A DNA stretch of 32,000 nucleotides from Candidatus Saccharimonadota bacterium (lineage in GTDB: Bacteria > Patescibacteriota > Gracilibacteria > UBA1369 > 2-02-FULL-48-14): contig JBAZVE010000001.1 in NCBI GenBank assembly GCA_041661045.1, positions 90,001 through 122,000 on the forward strand, written 5' to 3'. How positions within the stretch are numbered: position 1 is the first letter of the stretch; every line of letters starts with the position of its first letter. A program made the position numbers and the translations under genes. Shown piece by piece: positions 31,341 through 32,000 of the stretch. The notes beneath the pieces are model-generated. The model searched no databases and had not been told where the DNA came from. It saw only the letters and a list, made by a program, of their open reading frames with translations.

Positions 31341-31931
31341 ATGGCATTGAACAGTAAAAACAGCGTGTTAATCCTTAGTCTCGGTACATTTTTGGCTTTA
31401 GGCTTTCTTTCCTCGAATTTTCTTTTTAAGAATAGGGCTATCCCAGTGACTAACGAGCCACCTACTACGGTGTCTTTTCATGCCTTAAGTATTGCGCGCG
31501 ATCTTGATTTGTACACACAGAGTGCCTCTCTCATTGTAATTGGCAGGGTAACAAAGGTGGGTGAACCTTATCTGGAAGATCAAGGTCTTGGTAGTAGACA
31601 AGAGGTCGAACTGGAACTGAGTGAAGTTCTGAAAGGAGATAGAAGTATGACCACGGTAAATGTGCTTGTTCGCGGCTATGAAATCGTTGAAGTTGATGGA
31701 GATGAGGCAACCATTATCCCCGGCAATGAGCCACCTTTATTTGTAGCGGGAGAGTATGTTCTCCTCTTCTTAGGAACAACCAGTCAGGGGGAATATGTGT
31801 CTTTTGCAGGCCCTTATGGTAAATACTTAATCGACAACGAGTTGAATGTGAGCAGCAGTGGCGACTTTTCAATGTCTCTCGAGGAGCTAAAGGAAAAGAT
31901 TAATGCAGTTTTGCAGTCTCAGCCCTTCTAA
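31341..31931 (+). CDS. hypothetical membrane-anchored or secreted protein, 196 aa
   Basis: An N-terminal hydrophobic segment (VLILSLGTFLALGFLSSNFLF). The ORF starts 17 nt after the metalloprotease stop. Confidence 0.55.
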   Translation: MALNSKNSVLILSLGTFLALGFLSSNFLFKNRAIPVTNEPPTTVSFHALSIARDLDLYTQSASLIVIGRVTKVGEPYLEDQGLGSRQEVELELSEVLKGDRSMTTVNVLVRGYEIVEVDGDEATIIPGNEPPLFVAGEYVLLFLGTTSQGEYVSFAGPYGKYLIDNELNVSSSGDFSMSLEELKEKINAVLQSQPF

Positions 31932-32000
31932 AAACCTGGTTTTTTTGGTATAATTAGGGGATTCATTTTGCTATGTATGATGTTATTTTGCATTGCTTTT

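Noticed and set aside
1-32000. Alternative genetic code (UGA as a sense codon), as seen in some candidate phyla
   Set aside because: Well-identified genes and ORFs terminate at TGA at expected lengths (for example the 5538 and 11932 ORF ends). No conserved gene is interrupted by an in-frame TGA.

Overview
Gene-dense 32-kb bacterial chromosomal window. The standard genetic code appears to apply, since TAA, TAG and TGA all act as stops. Sigma70-type promoters (TTGACA-like, 16-18 nt spacer, TAnAAT-like) are recognisable, and Shine-Dalgarno motifs are mostly absent by eye. The gene content resembles an uncultivated small-genome bacterium with a Gram-positive-like envelope, but that is inference only and no taxon can be assigned. 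Recognisable housekeeping genes: tRNA-Phe(GAA), rpmG (L33), a VIT1/CCC1 transporter, xth, a translationally coupled thyA-folA pair, a TrpR-family small regulator, a YbaK/ProX-type deacylase, rarA, a HAD hydrolase, tRNA-Gly(GCC), pnp, rpsO, corA and leuS. Accessory content: (1) a three-gene orphan operon directly upstream of thyA-folA carrying a 29-nt exact repeat with a GNRA-capped terminator-like hairpin; (2) a ~2.7-kb orphan-gene island downstream of tRNA-Gly, bounded and subdivided by degenerate copies of the tRNA 3' end, with a perfect 26-bp palindrome formed by two back-to-back consensus promoters and no recognisable integrase; (3) a cell-surface block with a seven-repeat FG-GAP protein, four prepilin-type minor-pilin-like genes, a 660-aa protein with Cys-rich metal-binding-type motifs and an NPQTG sortase-type sorting signal, and a secreted metzincin. 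The rpsO-pnp spacer holds two tandem ~96-nt structured units supported by compensatory base changes. No rRNA, CRISPR array, transposase or integrase was recognised. All family assignments rest on motifs read by eye, and no database search was run.
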